A stretch of DNA of 64,000 nt from Methylococcales symbiont of Iophon sp. n. MRB-2018 (GTDB taxonomy: Bacteria > Pseudomonadota > Gammaproteobacteria > Methylococcales > Methylomonadaceae): assembly GCA_003666325.1 (NCBI GenBank), contig QPIL01000118.1:2402-66401 (forward strand), written 5' to 3'. The notes beneath the pieces were generated by a model that was not told the origin of the DNA, ran no database searches, and saw nothing but the letters and a program-made list of their open reading frames with translations. Made by a program: the position numbers and the translations under genes. This document shows positions 1-9,540 of the stretch, one piece after another. How positions within the stretch are numbered: position 1 is the stretch's first letter; each line of letters opens with the position of its first letter.

Positions 1-11
1 TTTATGATAAT

Positions 12-73
12 ACAGCCATTTTTATCACCAAAAACGAGAATAATGGATAAAAAAACTAGCCTGTCTCCATTAT
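12..73. repeat. 62-bp direct repeat, copy 1 (partner at 724..785)
   Basis: acagccatttttatcaccaaaaacgagaataatggataaaaaaactagcctgtctccattat recurs at 724..785 with 2 mismatches. It is followed by a partial re-iteration cctgtccccattat at 77..90. Confidence 0.85.
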
Positions 74-164
74 ATTCCTGTCCCCATTATATTCAAATAA
101 CATCGCAACACCTGCTGCAATACCTATCTCACTAAAGGTACTAATAGAGTGGACTATATGAGTA

Positions 165-647
165 TCATACATCTATCGACGCAGCCCAAAGATAATCGAA
201 CCTGACTTTTAATATACTAATAGCATCGCGATCATTAAAGTTCGCTACAGCCTTAGCCTTGCCGTGATCAATCTCTAGCCTAAAAGACTCTCCAGCCACA
301 AAAAAATGCGCTTCATCAGCTTTACTTGAATCCTTAAGTTTTATCTGGATATTCTTATCGTCCTTAAATTTTTCTTTTTCTTTAGTAGCAGCCTCTTTAT
401 CATCAAGAACGATGCGTACATTCTCACTTTTGGTTTTACTCAAGCCCAAACGGAAGCAAGATGGCAGTAAGCTCCCACTGTATATAATTACGTCATCATT
501 TATCTCGGCTATTCCTATCATTAGTGTTGCTAAAAGCTCAGCGTGAGCAATTGAGTCATTAAGGAATCTTTGATTCTGGTGATTATCAGAAAGCTTTATA
601 ATCGCTTCCTTGTATTCTGGAGTTACTTCAGCTGATACATCTGTCAT
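165..647 (-). CDS. hypothetical protein (160 aa), no family recognised
   Basis: Clean 160-codon ORF with no competing ORF. It is bracketed by the 62-bp direct repeats. No motif identified by eye. Confidence 0.5.
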   Translation of the reverse strand: MTDVSAEVTPEYKEAIIKLSDNHQNQRFLNDSIAHAELLATLMIGIAEINDDVIIYSGSLLPSCFRLGLSKTKSENVRIVLDDKEAATKEKEKFKDDKNIQIKLKDSSKADEAHFFVAGESFRLEIDHGKAKAVANFNDRDAISILKVRFDYLWAASIDV

Positions 648-723
648 ACCATATCCTTTTATTTATTATAAATTATTAGTTTTTCTCTATTCATATAGAG
701 ACTACCTAGAACTTAGCACAACC

Positions 724-785
724 ACAGCCATTTTTATCACCAAAAACGAGAATAATGGATAAAAAAACTAGTCTGTCCCCATTAT
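724..785. repeat. 62-bp direct repeat, copy 2
   Basis: 60/62 identical to 12..73, same orientation. Confidence 0.85.
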
Positions 786-796
786 CCCTAACAAAT

Positions 797-1513
797 CTAC
801 TCAGCAATGCCAAAATGATAAATAGTCGCAGTTATAACCGCAACGGGTGCAACAATCAAATTAATGACAGGAATTGACAATCCCAGCATAACAATCCCTC
901 CAAAACTCAGCATAGCCCATCGTTGGCTTTTTGCCTGCTGTTTTTGTTGTTCAAATAGCAAACCCTGATTTTCCAGAGGATAAGCCATAAATTCTAAAGC
1001 TATACCCCACGCTCCAAATAATCCCCATAATAAAGGTGCTATTAAATTTATCAGCGGAATAATAAACAAAATAAGGAGCGCTAACATTCTGCTGAGTAAA
1101 TAGGCTGCTCGTTTTATTTCTGCCAGTATAACTTGCCTAACAGCTTGTTCTTTAATGTTACTTTGTTGCGCAGAAATCAATTGCCATGTTTTTACAGATA
1201 ATTGGCTATAAAAAGGCGAAGCAATAATGTTTGCAAAAATAGTAAAGCTAAAAAAACCGATGACTAAAAAGCTAATAAAAAATATCGGCCAAATCAACCA
1301 TTCTAACCATAACAGCCAGCGAGGAATTATCTGATCAATTAAATCTGAAAGATATAAATAAGCTAAGGTAAATGCAATGCTATATAAAACCAGATTAATT
1401 AAAACAGGAATTAATAAATACTTTCGTAATTGCGGACTGCTTAATAGCTTTACTCCCCGAATAAAACAGTTGGCAATATAAACAGGATTATTTCCATTTT
1501 TAATTGAGACCAT
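797..1513 (-). CDS. cysZ: sulfate transporter CysZ
   Basis: 238-aa polytopic membrane protein. The N-terminus ..FIRGVKLLSSPQLRKYLLIPVLINLVLY.. parallels E. coli CysZ (..[28 protein letters not shown].., recalled). Confidence 0.8.
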   Translation of the reverse strand: MVSIKNGNNPVYIANCFIRGVKLLSSPQLRKYLLIPVLINLVLYSIAFTLAYLYLSDLIDQIIPRWLLWLEWLIWPIFFISFLVIGFFSFTIFANIIASPFYSQLSVKTWQLISAQQSNIKEQAVRQVILAEIKRAAYLLSRMLALLILFIIPLINLIAPLLWGLFGAWGIALEFMAYPLENQGLLFEQQKQQAKSQRWAMLSFGGIVMLGLSIPVINLIVAPVAVITATIYHFGIAE

Positions 1514-1720
1514 ATTGTTAAATTTCTCGCACTGATTAATGTACCCTCATTGATAAGGAAACTGGCAACAAATAACTCGACCAGCATAGGATTTTTTATA
1601 TTGAATATTGCTTTGTAGTGAAGCTTAAATCATCTTTAGCTAAAGCATTCCAGAATATTAAGGTAACTTGAGGAAGGTGTTGTTAGTAGTTCGTAGGCAC
1701 TTACTTAGTAGAATAGTGAT

Positions 1721-1753
1721 AAAAACCCAATAGCTAAGGCTATTGGGTTTTTT
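1721..1753 (-). terminator. rho-independent terminator downstream of the yccA-like gene
   Basis: aaaaacccaatagc-taag-gctattgggtttttt is a 10-bp GC-containing stem flanked by A and T runs, 13 nt past the stop at 1766. Confidence 0.7.
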
Positions 1754-1765
1754 AAACGTAATAAA

Positions 1766-2434
1766 TTAGTCTTCACCGCTAAATATAGCTAATAAATGTA
1801 AAAGACTTAAAAATAAATTGTAAATTGAAATATATAAGGAAACGGTTGCCATTATATAGTTAGTTTCACCGCCATTAATGATTGCACTGGTTTGATATAG
1901 AATCATGCCTGACATTAATAAAATAAAGAGGGCAGAAACAGTAAGAGACAAGGCTGGAATAGAAAAAAGCATGGCACCGATAGATGCTAAGAATGCAAGC
2001 AGAACACCTACCATTAAAAAACCGCCTAGAAAACTAAAGTCTTTACGGGTAGTTAATGCATAAGCAGATAGACCAAGAAAAATAACACCAGTACCGCCTA
2101 AAGCAGTGAGAACCAATTGATGTCCATTGCTAAAAGCTTGTACGTAGCTATTAATGATAGGCCCTAAGGTAAGCCCCATAAAACCAGTCAAAGCAAAGAC
2201 AAAAACCAAGCCTAAAGCACTATTACTATATTTATTGGTCAAAAAAAGCAGACCAAAGTATCCCACCATAGTAATAATAATACCTGGGTGAGGTAAATTA
2301 AAAACCATTGCTAAGCCAGCTGTTGCAGCACTAAATAGCAATGTTATAGATAAGAGGGTGTAAGTGTTTCTAAGCATTTTATTAGTAGACAAAATGCTGG
2401 CTTGTGAATGAGAAGCTACAGAGTTTAAGCGCAT
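1766..2434 (-). CDS. Bax inhibitor-1/YccA family membrane protein
   Basis: 222 aa with about 7 TM segments. N-terminus ..NKMLRNTYTLLSITLLFSAATA.. and C-terminal charged tail are typical of YccA/YbhL. Confidence 0.8.
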   Translation of the reverse strand: MRLNSVASHSQASILSTNKMLRNTYTLLSITLLFSAATAGLAMVFNLPHPGIIITMVGYFGLLFLTNKYSNSALGLVFVFALTGFMGLTLGPIINSYVQAFSNGHQLVLTALGGTGVIFLGLSAYALTTRKDFSFLGGFLMVGVLLAFLASIGAMLFSIPALSLTVSALFILLMSGMILYQTSAIINGGETNYIMATVSLYISIYNLFLSLLHLLAIFSGED

Positions 2435-2557
2435 GGTAATGTTTCCTTATTTAAAAAAATTGCTATAAATGAATCTATAATACTACAAGAATTGCATATA
2501 AGTGGTAAGTAATTTTAATCTATCATAATAGAGACCTCATATAGATAAAAAATGGCA

Positions 2558-2953
2558 TTATGTCACTATTACATCATTTACCAGTTGTATAGCTTCTTTA
2601 GTACGAGGGGTTGAAATAGCTACCAGTGCAAATTCTTTGTCGTGATTTATGAGGTGAATCCCCCGTAAACTAATTCCTGCATCAGTAAATCGTCGAGCTA
2701 TTTTTGCTAATGCCCCTGGTTCGTTATTGAGTTTTATCAAAATAGCATCTTCAGTTACGATTTTCATATTATTCATTTTATGAATAAGTTGTAATGCTTT
2801 ATCATATTGATCAACATCAAGGGTTACAACCACATTTTCTGCTGCAATGTCAGCATCTATATATTCAATATTAATATTTTCAGATGCTAGAGTTTCACTG
2901 ATTTCGGTAACAATACCTAAGCGATTTTTGGTAATAATTTTTAACTGTTTCAT
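2558..2953 (-). CDS. ACT-domain protein (tandem ACT-like halves)
   Basis: 131 aa. The pattern MKQLKIITKNRLGIVTEISETLA.. repeats at ..LIKLNNEPGALAKIARRFT... The start overlaps the hdc stop by 1 nt (TAATG). Confidence 0.6.
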   Translation of the reverse strand: MKQLKIITKNRLGIVTEISETLASENINIEYIDADIAAENVVVTLDVDQYDKALQLIHKMNNMKIVTEDAILIKLNNEPGALAKIARRFTDAGISLRGIHLINHDKEFALVAISTPRTKEAIQLVNDVIVT

Positions 2954-4107
2954 TATGTCACCTGCTGTTCAATATCTTGATTTAGGTCATCAATAAACTG
3001 GTCTATTTGATGTAAACTAACATGAGGCATGGCAACAATATGTGCGTATTCTTTCTGGGTGGCAATTTGCCATTTATCTAGGACATCCTCGGATTGCTTG
3101 GGGAAAACGACAGTAATAGAATGAGGATTTCGCCAAGCTTTAATATTAATCTCAGCAAATCGTTTAATAGCATAATCGGCTATAGAAAAACAATGTTGAC
3201 AGATTTTAGTAAACCCTTCTTTACCTTTGCAATGAATGGCATACCAGAGAAATAAAGGTGTTATGCCATTTCGTGAGCCAGTTACGGTGGTGTCAAGAGT
3301 ACCAATATATTCTACCGCACGGGCAATACGATCGACATGCGTTTTCTTGGCTAATACCAAACCACAGGGAATCGGCGATCCTATCATTTTATGTCCACTG
3401 ATAGAAATACTGTCTATTCCTGAAGCAAAATCAAAGTCGGGAGGATTATTGACAAAAGGCAAAATCATACCACTCAGTGCAGCATCGCAATGGATATAAT
3501 ATTTCTTTATACGCAGATCTTTGATTATTTTATTGATTTTTCTTATATCATCAATTGCACCTGTCATAGTGGTGCCAATATTGGCAAAAATAATAGCGGG
3601 AACATCAGCATGTATCCGCAGTGTTGCTGCTAAATCCTGATAATCCATTTCACCATTTGGCTGGCTTTTTATCATGATACTTCTAGCGTGTACCATGCGT
3701 AAGATCTTGGGAACACTATAATGCGTTGCTTCAGAATAATACAGCAAGCCATCAGGATGAATTTCTCTGGCTAAATAAATACCATACATATTTCCTTCGG
3801 TGCCTCCATTGGTGACATAGCCCCAAACAGCATTTTTTTTGGCATGTAATAACGTAGAAAAAAAAGCGATGACCTCGCGTTCATACTGATGAGTATTTGC
3901 ATGGTATCTACTATCTAAAAAAGGGTCACCTACGTTGTTTAGAGGGATATTAAGAAAAGGGTATAAGGGACTGTAGTCAAATTCACGAGAGATAGGATAG
4001 CCTAGAAAGTGGTTGGTCTCTTTTGATAAGAATTGTAAAAAGTCAGACAAACGATTTTGCTCTTTCTTTTTGAGTGATGAAGTAGAAAAATGAAGGCGAT
4101 GGGTCAT
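2953..4107 (-). CDS. hdc: pyridoxal-dependent histidine decarboxylase
   Basis: 384 aa. WGYVTNGGTEGNMYG, YYSEATHYSV, QPNGEMDY, IFANIGTT..GAIDD and the PLP-lysine motif SISGHKMIGSPIPCG match Gram-negative Hdc (Morganella type, recalled) nearly collinearly. Confidence 0.88.
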   Translation of the reverse strand: MTHRLHFSTSSLKKKEQNRLSDFLQFLSKETNHFLGYPISREFDYSPLYPFLNIPLNNVGDPFLDSRYHANTHQYEREVIAFFSTLLHAKKNAVWGYVTNGGTEGNMYGIYLAREIHPDGLLYYSEATHYSVPKILRMVHARSIMIKSQPNGEMDYQDLAATLRIHADVPAIIFANIGTTMTGAIDDIRKINKIIKDLRIKKYYIHCDAALSGMILPFVNNPPDFDFASGIDSISISGHKMIGSPIPCGLVLAKKTHVDRIARAVEYIGTLDTTVTGSRNGITPLFLWYAIHCKGKEGFTKICQHCFSIADYAIKRFAEINIKAWRNPHSITVVFPKQSEDVLDKWQIATQKEYAHIVAMPHVSLHQIDQFIDDLNQDIEQQVT

Positions 4108-4340
4108 TGTAATATCTTAAATTTCAAAAACTGTATATTAGTAAGTAATAGGGATTAATGGTTCAAAGTGGTATTATTTTTTTTGCTCAGCAACTCTATT
4201 TGAAACTAGAATATTGCTCTTAAATAGCTATACTCTGTGGGGTAATACTATTATCCTTAATTATTTTTGAATGAACACTATTTTTTCATTCTAAGTTTGA
4301 ACAGATTTGGTCTGTTTTTATCTCATACGGAGTTTAGAAA

Positions 4341-4724
4341 ATGAATCTTGAGAAAGTCGTTTTTGGTTTTTTTGTCGTACTTGCATTAACATTGAATTTT
4401 GGATTCTTTTTAGGCGATATGGATAATCCTGCGCATCACAATATCATGGAATTATTTGCTGTGATTGTGGTGAACCTGATTGCTACAGCACTAAAACTGG
4501 GAGACAGATCTCAAATTGGAGCTGTTTTGTTGGCCACCAGCCTAGTAGCTGATCTGGAGTTGCTGGCGGCGGCAACAACGTGGACTTTTGCCGTACATAT
4601 CACGGCAACAGGTCTTACTCCTGATGTCATGGCAAGTATTGTTTCTCTGGCTGGTGGTGCTTTATTGGCTAATGTTATCTCTACCGTTATTTTAGTATCT
4701 GAAACACTGATTAATCGTTTATAA
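4341..4724 (+). CDS. small integral membrane protein (4 TM), unknown family
   Basis: 127-aa hydrophobic ORF with GGAG 8 nt upstream of the ATG. It ends 26 nt before the channel gene. Confidence 0.5.
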   Translation: MNLEKVVFGFFVVLALTLNFGFFLGDMDNPAHHNIMELFAVIVVNLIATALKLGDRSQIGAVLLATSLVADLELLAAATTWTFAVHITATGLTPDVMASIVSLAGGALLANVISTVILVSETLINRL

Positions 4725-4750
4725 ACAAAACCGTCTGATTAGAGGTTTTT

Positions 4751-6490
4751 ATGGCAGCATCCGTTGATTTAAGCCGCGTTATTTTTATAGTAATGCGCGA
4801 AATGCGTGGTCCATTGATTGCTTTGATATGTGTTTATTCAATATCAATTCTAGGTATGGTTTTTATTCCTGGGATTGAATTGAATGGCGAAAAGCAATAT
4901 ATGAGTATTTTTTATGCATTTTACTTTATGACCTATACGGCCACCACCACTGGTTTTGGTGAAATCCCTATGGAGTTTAGTAACGCTCAGCGTTTCTGGG
5001 CGATTATCTGCTTGTATTTAAGTGTGATCACTTGGTTATATGCTATCAGCACGATTGTTGTTTTACTGAAAAACCCATTTTTACGTTCAGCCGTTTCTGA
5101 ATGGCAATTTTCAAGAGGTGTTCAAAGAATAACAGAACCTTTTGTTATTCTTTGTGGCTTTGGTGATACTGGTAGTGTATTGACGCGTGGATTGAGTGAT
5201 TATGGCTATCCTGCTGTTATTATTGATAGCAGTGAAGAACGAATTAAAGCGGTGAAGTTACGTGATTACTCTATGGCAGTTCCTGCCTTTTGTGGTGATG
5301 CCAGTGTTCCTAAACATTTATTAGAAGCGGGATTACGGCGTTCAAATTGTAGAGCTGTTATTGCCATAACAAATAGTGAAGAAGTCAATTTAAAAATTTC
5401 CGCTTTGGCGCGTGTATTAAATCCTGATATAGCCATTATCAGCATGTCTAAAGTTGAAGTGTTTGAAGAAACATTGTCAACCTTGGGTGGTGAGGTTCAT
5501 GTGGTTGACCCTTTTAAAACCTTTGCAAAAGTGCTAGCTTCAACCATGCGGAATCCTGGTTTTTATTCTTTTAATAACTGGTTGGTCAGAGATAAATCAG
5601 CCAATTTAGAAAGTTATATTACCCCACCTATCGGTAAATGGGTGATTTGTGGATATGGCAGGATGGGGCAGGAAGTGAATCGGGTTTTATGTCGTTATGG
5701 TATTAAAACAGCCGTTATTGATCCACATGATTGTGAAGAATCGACCTGTATTGACCGTTATATTATGGGTAGAACAACCACTATTACATTGAATGGGGCA
5801 GGCGTAGAAGATGCGGTAGGCATTCTCTCTGGAACCAATAACGACGGTCATAATTTAGGTATTTTATTGAATGCCAGTCGCTTAAATCGGAATTTGTTTA
5901 CTATCGTTCGTCAGAACAGACATGAGAATGAGATTGCTTTTCGGGCAACCAATGTGGATATGATCATGCAACCTACTTTGGTGGCTGCCAGAAAAATATT
6001 GTTTATTTTGATCGCACCTTTGTTAAAAACATTTTTTCGCTATTTGCTAGAAAACAAACTAGGACGAGAGGAAGAAATGGAGACCGTTATCAGAGAACTA
6101 TCCGATAAAGTCGGAAAGAAAGTTCCACATTTGGTGACAGTGGATTTTACTTGGCAAAAGAGTAAAGCGGTGATGTTATTATTGAAAAACGGTGAAAAAG
6201 TGTTATTAGGTGATTTAATTAAAGACCCTAGAGCACGCGATAAAAATCTGGACTTGGTAGTGTTTGTGATTAAAACAAGTGATATGGAAATAGTTTTACC
6301 ATCCAATCATTATCCAGTGAAAGAAAATGATCAGTTGTTATTTTGTGGAACAGCATTAGCGCATCGATTATTTAATGCAACGATTAACAGTGAATATAAA
6401 TTGCATTATGTTAGGAGCGGAGAGTATGTCCCAAGAAGTTATTTGATGAAATGGATTATACGCAAGCGGTTGCAAAAGGGCAGTATCTAG
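4751..6490 (+). CDS. 2-TM ion channel with two RCK/TrkA-N domains
   Basis: Pore region YTATTTGFGEIP (K-channel-like filter). Two Rossmann GxGxxG motifs are present, ILCGFGDTGS and VICGYGRMGQ. Confidence 0.75.
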   Translation: MAASVDLSRVIFIVMREMRGPLIALICVYSISILGMVFIPGIELNGEKQYMSIFYAFYFMTYTATTTGFGEIPMEFSNAQRFWAIICLYLSVITWLYAISTIVVLLKNPFLRSAVSEWQFSRGVQRITEPFVILCGFGDTGSVLTRGLSDYGYPAVIIDSSEERIKAVKLRDYSMAVPAFCGDASVPKHLLEAGLRRSNCRAVIAITNSEEVNLKISALARVLNPDIAIISMSKVEVFEETLSTLGGEVHVVDPFKTFAKVLASTMRNPGFYSFNNWLVRDKSANLESYITPPIGKWVICGYGRMGQEVNRVLCRYGIKTAVIDPHDCEESTCIDRYIMGRTTTITLNGAGVEDAVGILSGTNNDGHNLGILLNASRLNRNLFTIVRQNRHENEIAFRATNVDMIMQPTLVAARKILFILIAPLLKTFFRYLLENKLGREEEMETVIRELSDKVGKKVPHLVTVDFTWQKSKAVMLLLKNGEKVLLGDLIKDPRARDKNLDLVVFVIKTSDMEIVLPSNHYPVKENDQLLFCGTALAHRLFNATINSEYKLHYVRSGEYVPRSYLMKWIIRKRLQKGSI

Positions 6491-6571
6491 CGTAGAAAAG
6501 AGAGACACAGATCAATAAATGGATGCGGTTTTTGATTTAACTAACAACAATTCTTCTGCTATTAAGCCACC

Positions 6572-7513
6572 CTATATTTTAAGTTCTTTAGGCATAGAGA
6601 ACACGACTTTTTCTTCAATGCCCTGTATTTCTACAGCTGCCTCAGCACCCCATTGTTTGAGCTGATCAATAACCGCTTGCACTAAAATTTCTGGTGCTGA
6701 TGCCCCCGCTGTAACACCAACAACATCGACATTGTCAAACCAAGATTGATGCATATCCGCAGCGGTATCTATTAAGAAAGCTGTTTTACCTAATTGCTCT
6801 GCAATTTCACGTAAACGATTTGAGTTAGAGCTATTGGGCGATCCGACGACTAAAATAACATCGGCTGTTGCTGTCAATTCATGGATTGCATCTTGTCGGT
6901 TTTGCGTGGCATAACAAATATCGTCTTTTTTCTGCTCCTGAATATGAGGGAAAAAGGTATGCAAAACATCGACCATGATTTTTGTGTCTGTCATCGACAA
7001 AGTAGTTTGTGTGACATAGGCGAGATCTTTTGGGTTATTGACTTGAAGATGTTTAACATCGTCTGGAGTTTCTACTAGATACATACCACCTGTTGAATTA
7101 GCCAGTTTTTCATATTGCCCCATAGTGCCTTCTACTTCAGGATGTCCAGCATGACCTATTAACACGACTTCACGACCTGCTTTGGCATGTTTGGCAACTT
7201 GTATGTGAACTTTTGTGACTAAGGGGCAAGTGGCATCAAAAACTGTTAAATTTCGTTCTTTAGATTCATTTTGTACTTTTTTTGACACCCCATGTGCGCT
7301 AAAAATCAAATAAGAATTTTCAGGGACTTCACTGACATTTTCTATAAAAATAGCCCCTTTGCTTCTAAGTCCTTCTACAACTGTGCGGTTATGTACCACT
7401 TCATGGCGAACATAAATAGGAGCGCCAAATGATTCAATAGCTTGGTCAACAATTTCTATAGCACGGTCAACGCCAGCACAGAACCCACGGGGGTTAGCTA
7501 GTTTAATTCGCAT
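6572..7513 (-). CDS. ispH: 4-hydroxy-3-methylbut-2-enyl diphosphate reductase
   Basis: 313 aa. [19 protein letters not shown].., ..[11 protein letters not shown].., ..[13 protein letters not shown].. are canonical IspH/LytB motifs. Confidence 0.95.
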   Translation of the reverse strand: MRIKLANPRGFCAGVDRAIEIVDQAIESFGAPIYVRHEVVHNRTVVEGLRSKGAIFIENVSEVPENSYLIFSAHGVSKKVQNESKERNLTVFDATCPLVTKVHIQVAKHAKAGREVVLIGHAGHPEVEGTMGQYEKLANSTGGMYLVETPDDVKHLQVNNPKDLAYVTQTTLSMTDTKIMVDVLHTFFPHIQEQKKDDICYATQNRQDAIHELTATADVILVVGSPNSSNSNRLREIAEQLGKTAFLIDTAADMHQSWFDNVDVVGVTAGASAPEILVQAVIDQLKQWGAEAAVEIQGIEEKVVFSMPKELKI

Positions 7514-7669
7514 ATTTTGACTTCTTTACTTGGTTAATATTCACGTTATTTTAACGTATATGGGTTTTTTCGTTAGTATTTATTCTAAAAAGTGAGGCGA
7601 CAGACTGATTAACGATGTCCCTGTGTTAATGATATGTTAGCATTTTGTAGAAATTATTATGAGGTGTCT

Positions 7670-7813
7670 ATGGTTTTGTTTGCTTTTATACTACTTGCAG
7701 GCTGTCTTGTTTTTGGTAGCGTATTGGTGTTGCTCAGAACGGCAAAGAAACCAAAAGTCCCGAAAGATTTTAAAGCTAAAGAATATGATGAGGATGATTC
7801 CAGTGGCTGGTAA
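7670..7813 (+). CDS. small single-TM protein (47 aa)
   Basis: MVLFAFILLAGCLVFGSVLVLLRTAKKPKV..EDDSSGW. GAGGTG lies 4 nt upstream, and the ORF ends 3 nt before the cbiA-like start. It is below the ORF-track size cut-off. Confidence 0.4.
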   Translation: MVLFAFILLAGCLVFGSVLVLLRTAKKPKVPKDFKAKEYDEDDSSGW

Positions 7814-7816
7814 CAA

Positions 7817-9088
7817 TTGAAAATAGCATTATTAGCAGGTACCCAGTCAGGCTGTGGAAAAACCACTATTATGTTGGCTTTACTGCAATACCTTAAACAA
7901 CGAAAGCACCGTGTTCTTGCTTTTAAAGCAGGGCCAGACTTTCTTGATCCTTTATGGCATCAGGCCATTACCGAACAAAGTAGTTATAACCTAGATACAA
8001 GAATGATAGGTCTGGATATATCTCGGCAATTAATCAATAGCCAGGCTAATCAAGCAGAAATAGCATTAATTGAAGGTGTTATGGGTTTGTTTGATGGACG
8101 CACAGGTGTCGGTGAGGAAGGTTCCAGTGCCGATCTGGCAAAGGCTTTAAATTGCCCTGTTATATTAGTCATTAATGCCAAGGGGATCAGTGGTTCAATA
8201 GTGCCTTTGGTGGGTGGTTTTTGTCACTATGCTGAGAAAATGGGGGTCAAAATTGCCGGTATTATCGCTAATCATGTTGGCAGTCCTCATCATGCAAAGT
8301 TATTAACACAGTTTTTGCAGGACTATGGAATGCCACCGTTAGTGGCATGGATGGAAAAGCAAGCGCCTGTGCTTGCAGAACGACATTTAGGGCTAGTCAT
8401 GCCTGAGCAAATTAATATAGCCGATTTCCAAGCTTTTTTTCATGTGGATATTGATGTCTTATCGACTGTTTTTTCTAATTGGAGAAAACTAGATGAAGTG
8501 ACTAATAGCTTTGTTCCATTATTAGCAGGAAAACGCATAGCGATTGCTAAAGATGAGGTCTGTTGCTTTATCTATCAAGCTAATATTGACTGGCTAATTG
8601 AACAAGGTGCCGAGCTGTTTTACTTCTCAGTGATCAATGGCGAAGATGTACCTGTTAATGCAACGGCTTTGTGGTTACCTGGTGGCTACCCTGAGCTTTA
8701 TACAGAACTATTATCCAGCTCAAAAAGCTGGTCAAGCATTAGACGCTTTATTGAAAGTGATAAACCTGTATTGGCAGAGTGTGGAGGTGCTATGTTGTTA
8801 GGTCAAATGCTAATAGATATTAAGGGAAAAGCATGGGCAATGGCCAATATTTTACCGTATCGTTCGATCATGCAAAAAAAGTTAGCTGCTTTAGGTTATC
8901 GAGAAGATGCCAGTGGAATGAAAGGGCATGAATTTCATTATTCGATTCGCACATCTGAAACAGCAATAGAAACCTGTTTTGAATGTTCACGAGGAGATAA
9001 AGGCGTACGTTATAAAAATCTGCGAGCTTCTTATATTCACTGGTATTTTGCCAGTGCTCCTGAAGTTATGCTTGAATGGTTAGGTTAA
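7817..9088 (+). CDS. cbiA: cobyrinate (or related tetrapyrrole) a,c-diamide synthase
   Basis: 423 aa with a TTG start. P-loop GTQSGCGKTT, ..GPDFLDP.., and a C-terminal glutamine amidotransferase part ..AECGGAMLLG.. are present. Confidence 0.85.
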   Translation: MKIALLAGTQSGCGKTTIMLALLQYLKQRKHRVLAFKAGPDFLDPLWHQAITEQSSYNLDTRMIGLDISRQLINSQANQAEIALIEGVMGLFDGRTGVGEEGSSADLAKALNCPVILVINAKGISGSIVPLVGGFCHYAEKMGVKIAGIIANHVGSPHHAKLLTQFLQDYGMPPLVAWMEKQAPVLAERHLGLVMPEQINIADFQAFFHVDIDVLSTVFSNWRKLDEVTNSFVPLLAGKRIAIAKDEVCCFIYQANIDWLIEQGAELFYFSVINGEDVPVNATALWLPGGYPELYTELLSSSKSWSSIRRFIESDKPVLAECGGAMLLGQMLIDIKGKAWAMANILPYRSIMQKKLAALGYREDASGMKGHEFHYSIRTSETAIETCFECSRGDKGVRYKNLRASYIHWYFASAPEVMLEWLG

Positions 9089-9127
9089 GACTCAAGACTC
9101 AAGACTCAAGACTCAAGACTCAAGACC
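9088..9127 (+). repeat. heptanucleotide tandem tract T1, (AGACTCA)x5 plus partial
   Basis: Read directly. The first A is the last base of the cbiA TAA stop. Confidence 0.95.
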
Positions 9128-9314
9128 CCTTGATTTTTGGTGATTTCTTATGGGTGTTAAAGTCTGGGCGGGGTTGGTTTTGTTAGTATGTTTTATCAGC
9201 AAAACGACCAAGAAATAGCCGTTATTTCACCAAATACTGCTTGTTTTGTCTATGATTTTTGTTTAAATTATTGTTATAAATTAGATGGTTGTTGTGTTTT
9301 TAAGGGTTGGCTAA
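9128..9314 (+). repeat. partial copy (E1) of the heptamer-bearing composite element: 3' module and right TIR
   Basis: 9171..9314 aligns with 21774..21905 and 30344..30485 (ggggttggttttgttagtatgttttatcagcaaaacgaccaagaaatagccgttattt...). It ends in tttttaagggttggctaa at 9297..9314. Confidence 0.85.
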
Positions 9315-9540
9315 TTATTGACCTATAGCTGTGGAAACCTTAATTTGAGGCTGTATATAGGCTGAAATTTTCATCGTTAGCTAGTAATCTAAGTTTTGCC
9401 CATGCTTAGATCATTTATTCTTGAAAATGGTAGTAGTTCTGACACTTAATGCAGGCATAGCCAAAATTAATGTACTTGAATTCACATCATAAGTGCAACA
9501 TGCCTTACGCCTTAGTTGGTAAAAACAGTATAATGCTGGG

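Noticed and set aside
7514-7816. Looked for a cobalamin riboswitch ahead of the cbiA-like gene
   Set aside because: No B12-box-like core (e.g. ..AGYCMGgAgaCCkGCc..) or GC-rich helices are visible. The region is AT-rich and partly occupied by a small ORF.
7657-7866. 69-aa minus-strand ORF upstream of cbiA
   Set aside because: It overlaps the cbiA start and the better-supported plus-strand 47-aa membrane ORF (which has an RBS and tight spacing). No family resemblance.
9488-9500. 13-mer cataagtgcaaca shared with 28996..29008
   Set aside because: A single shared 13-mer in a 64-kb AT-rich window is within chance expectation. There is no extended similarity on either side.
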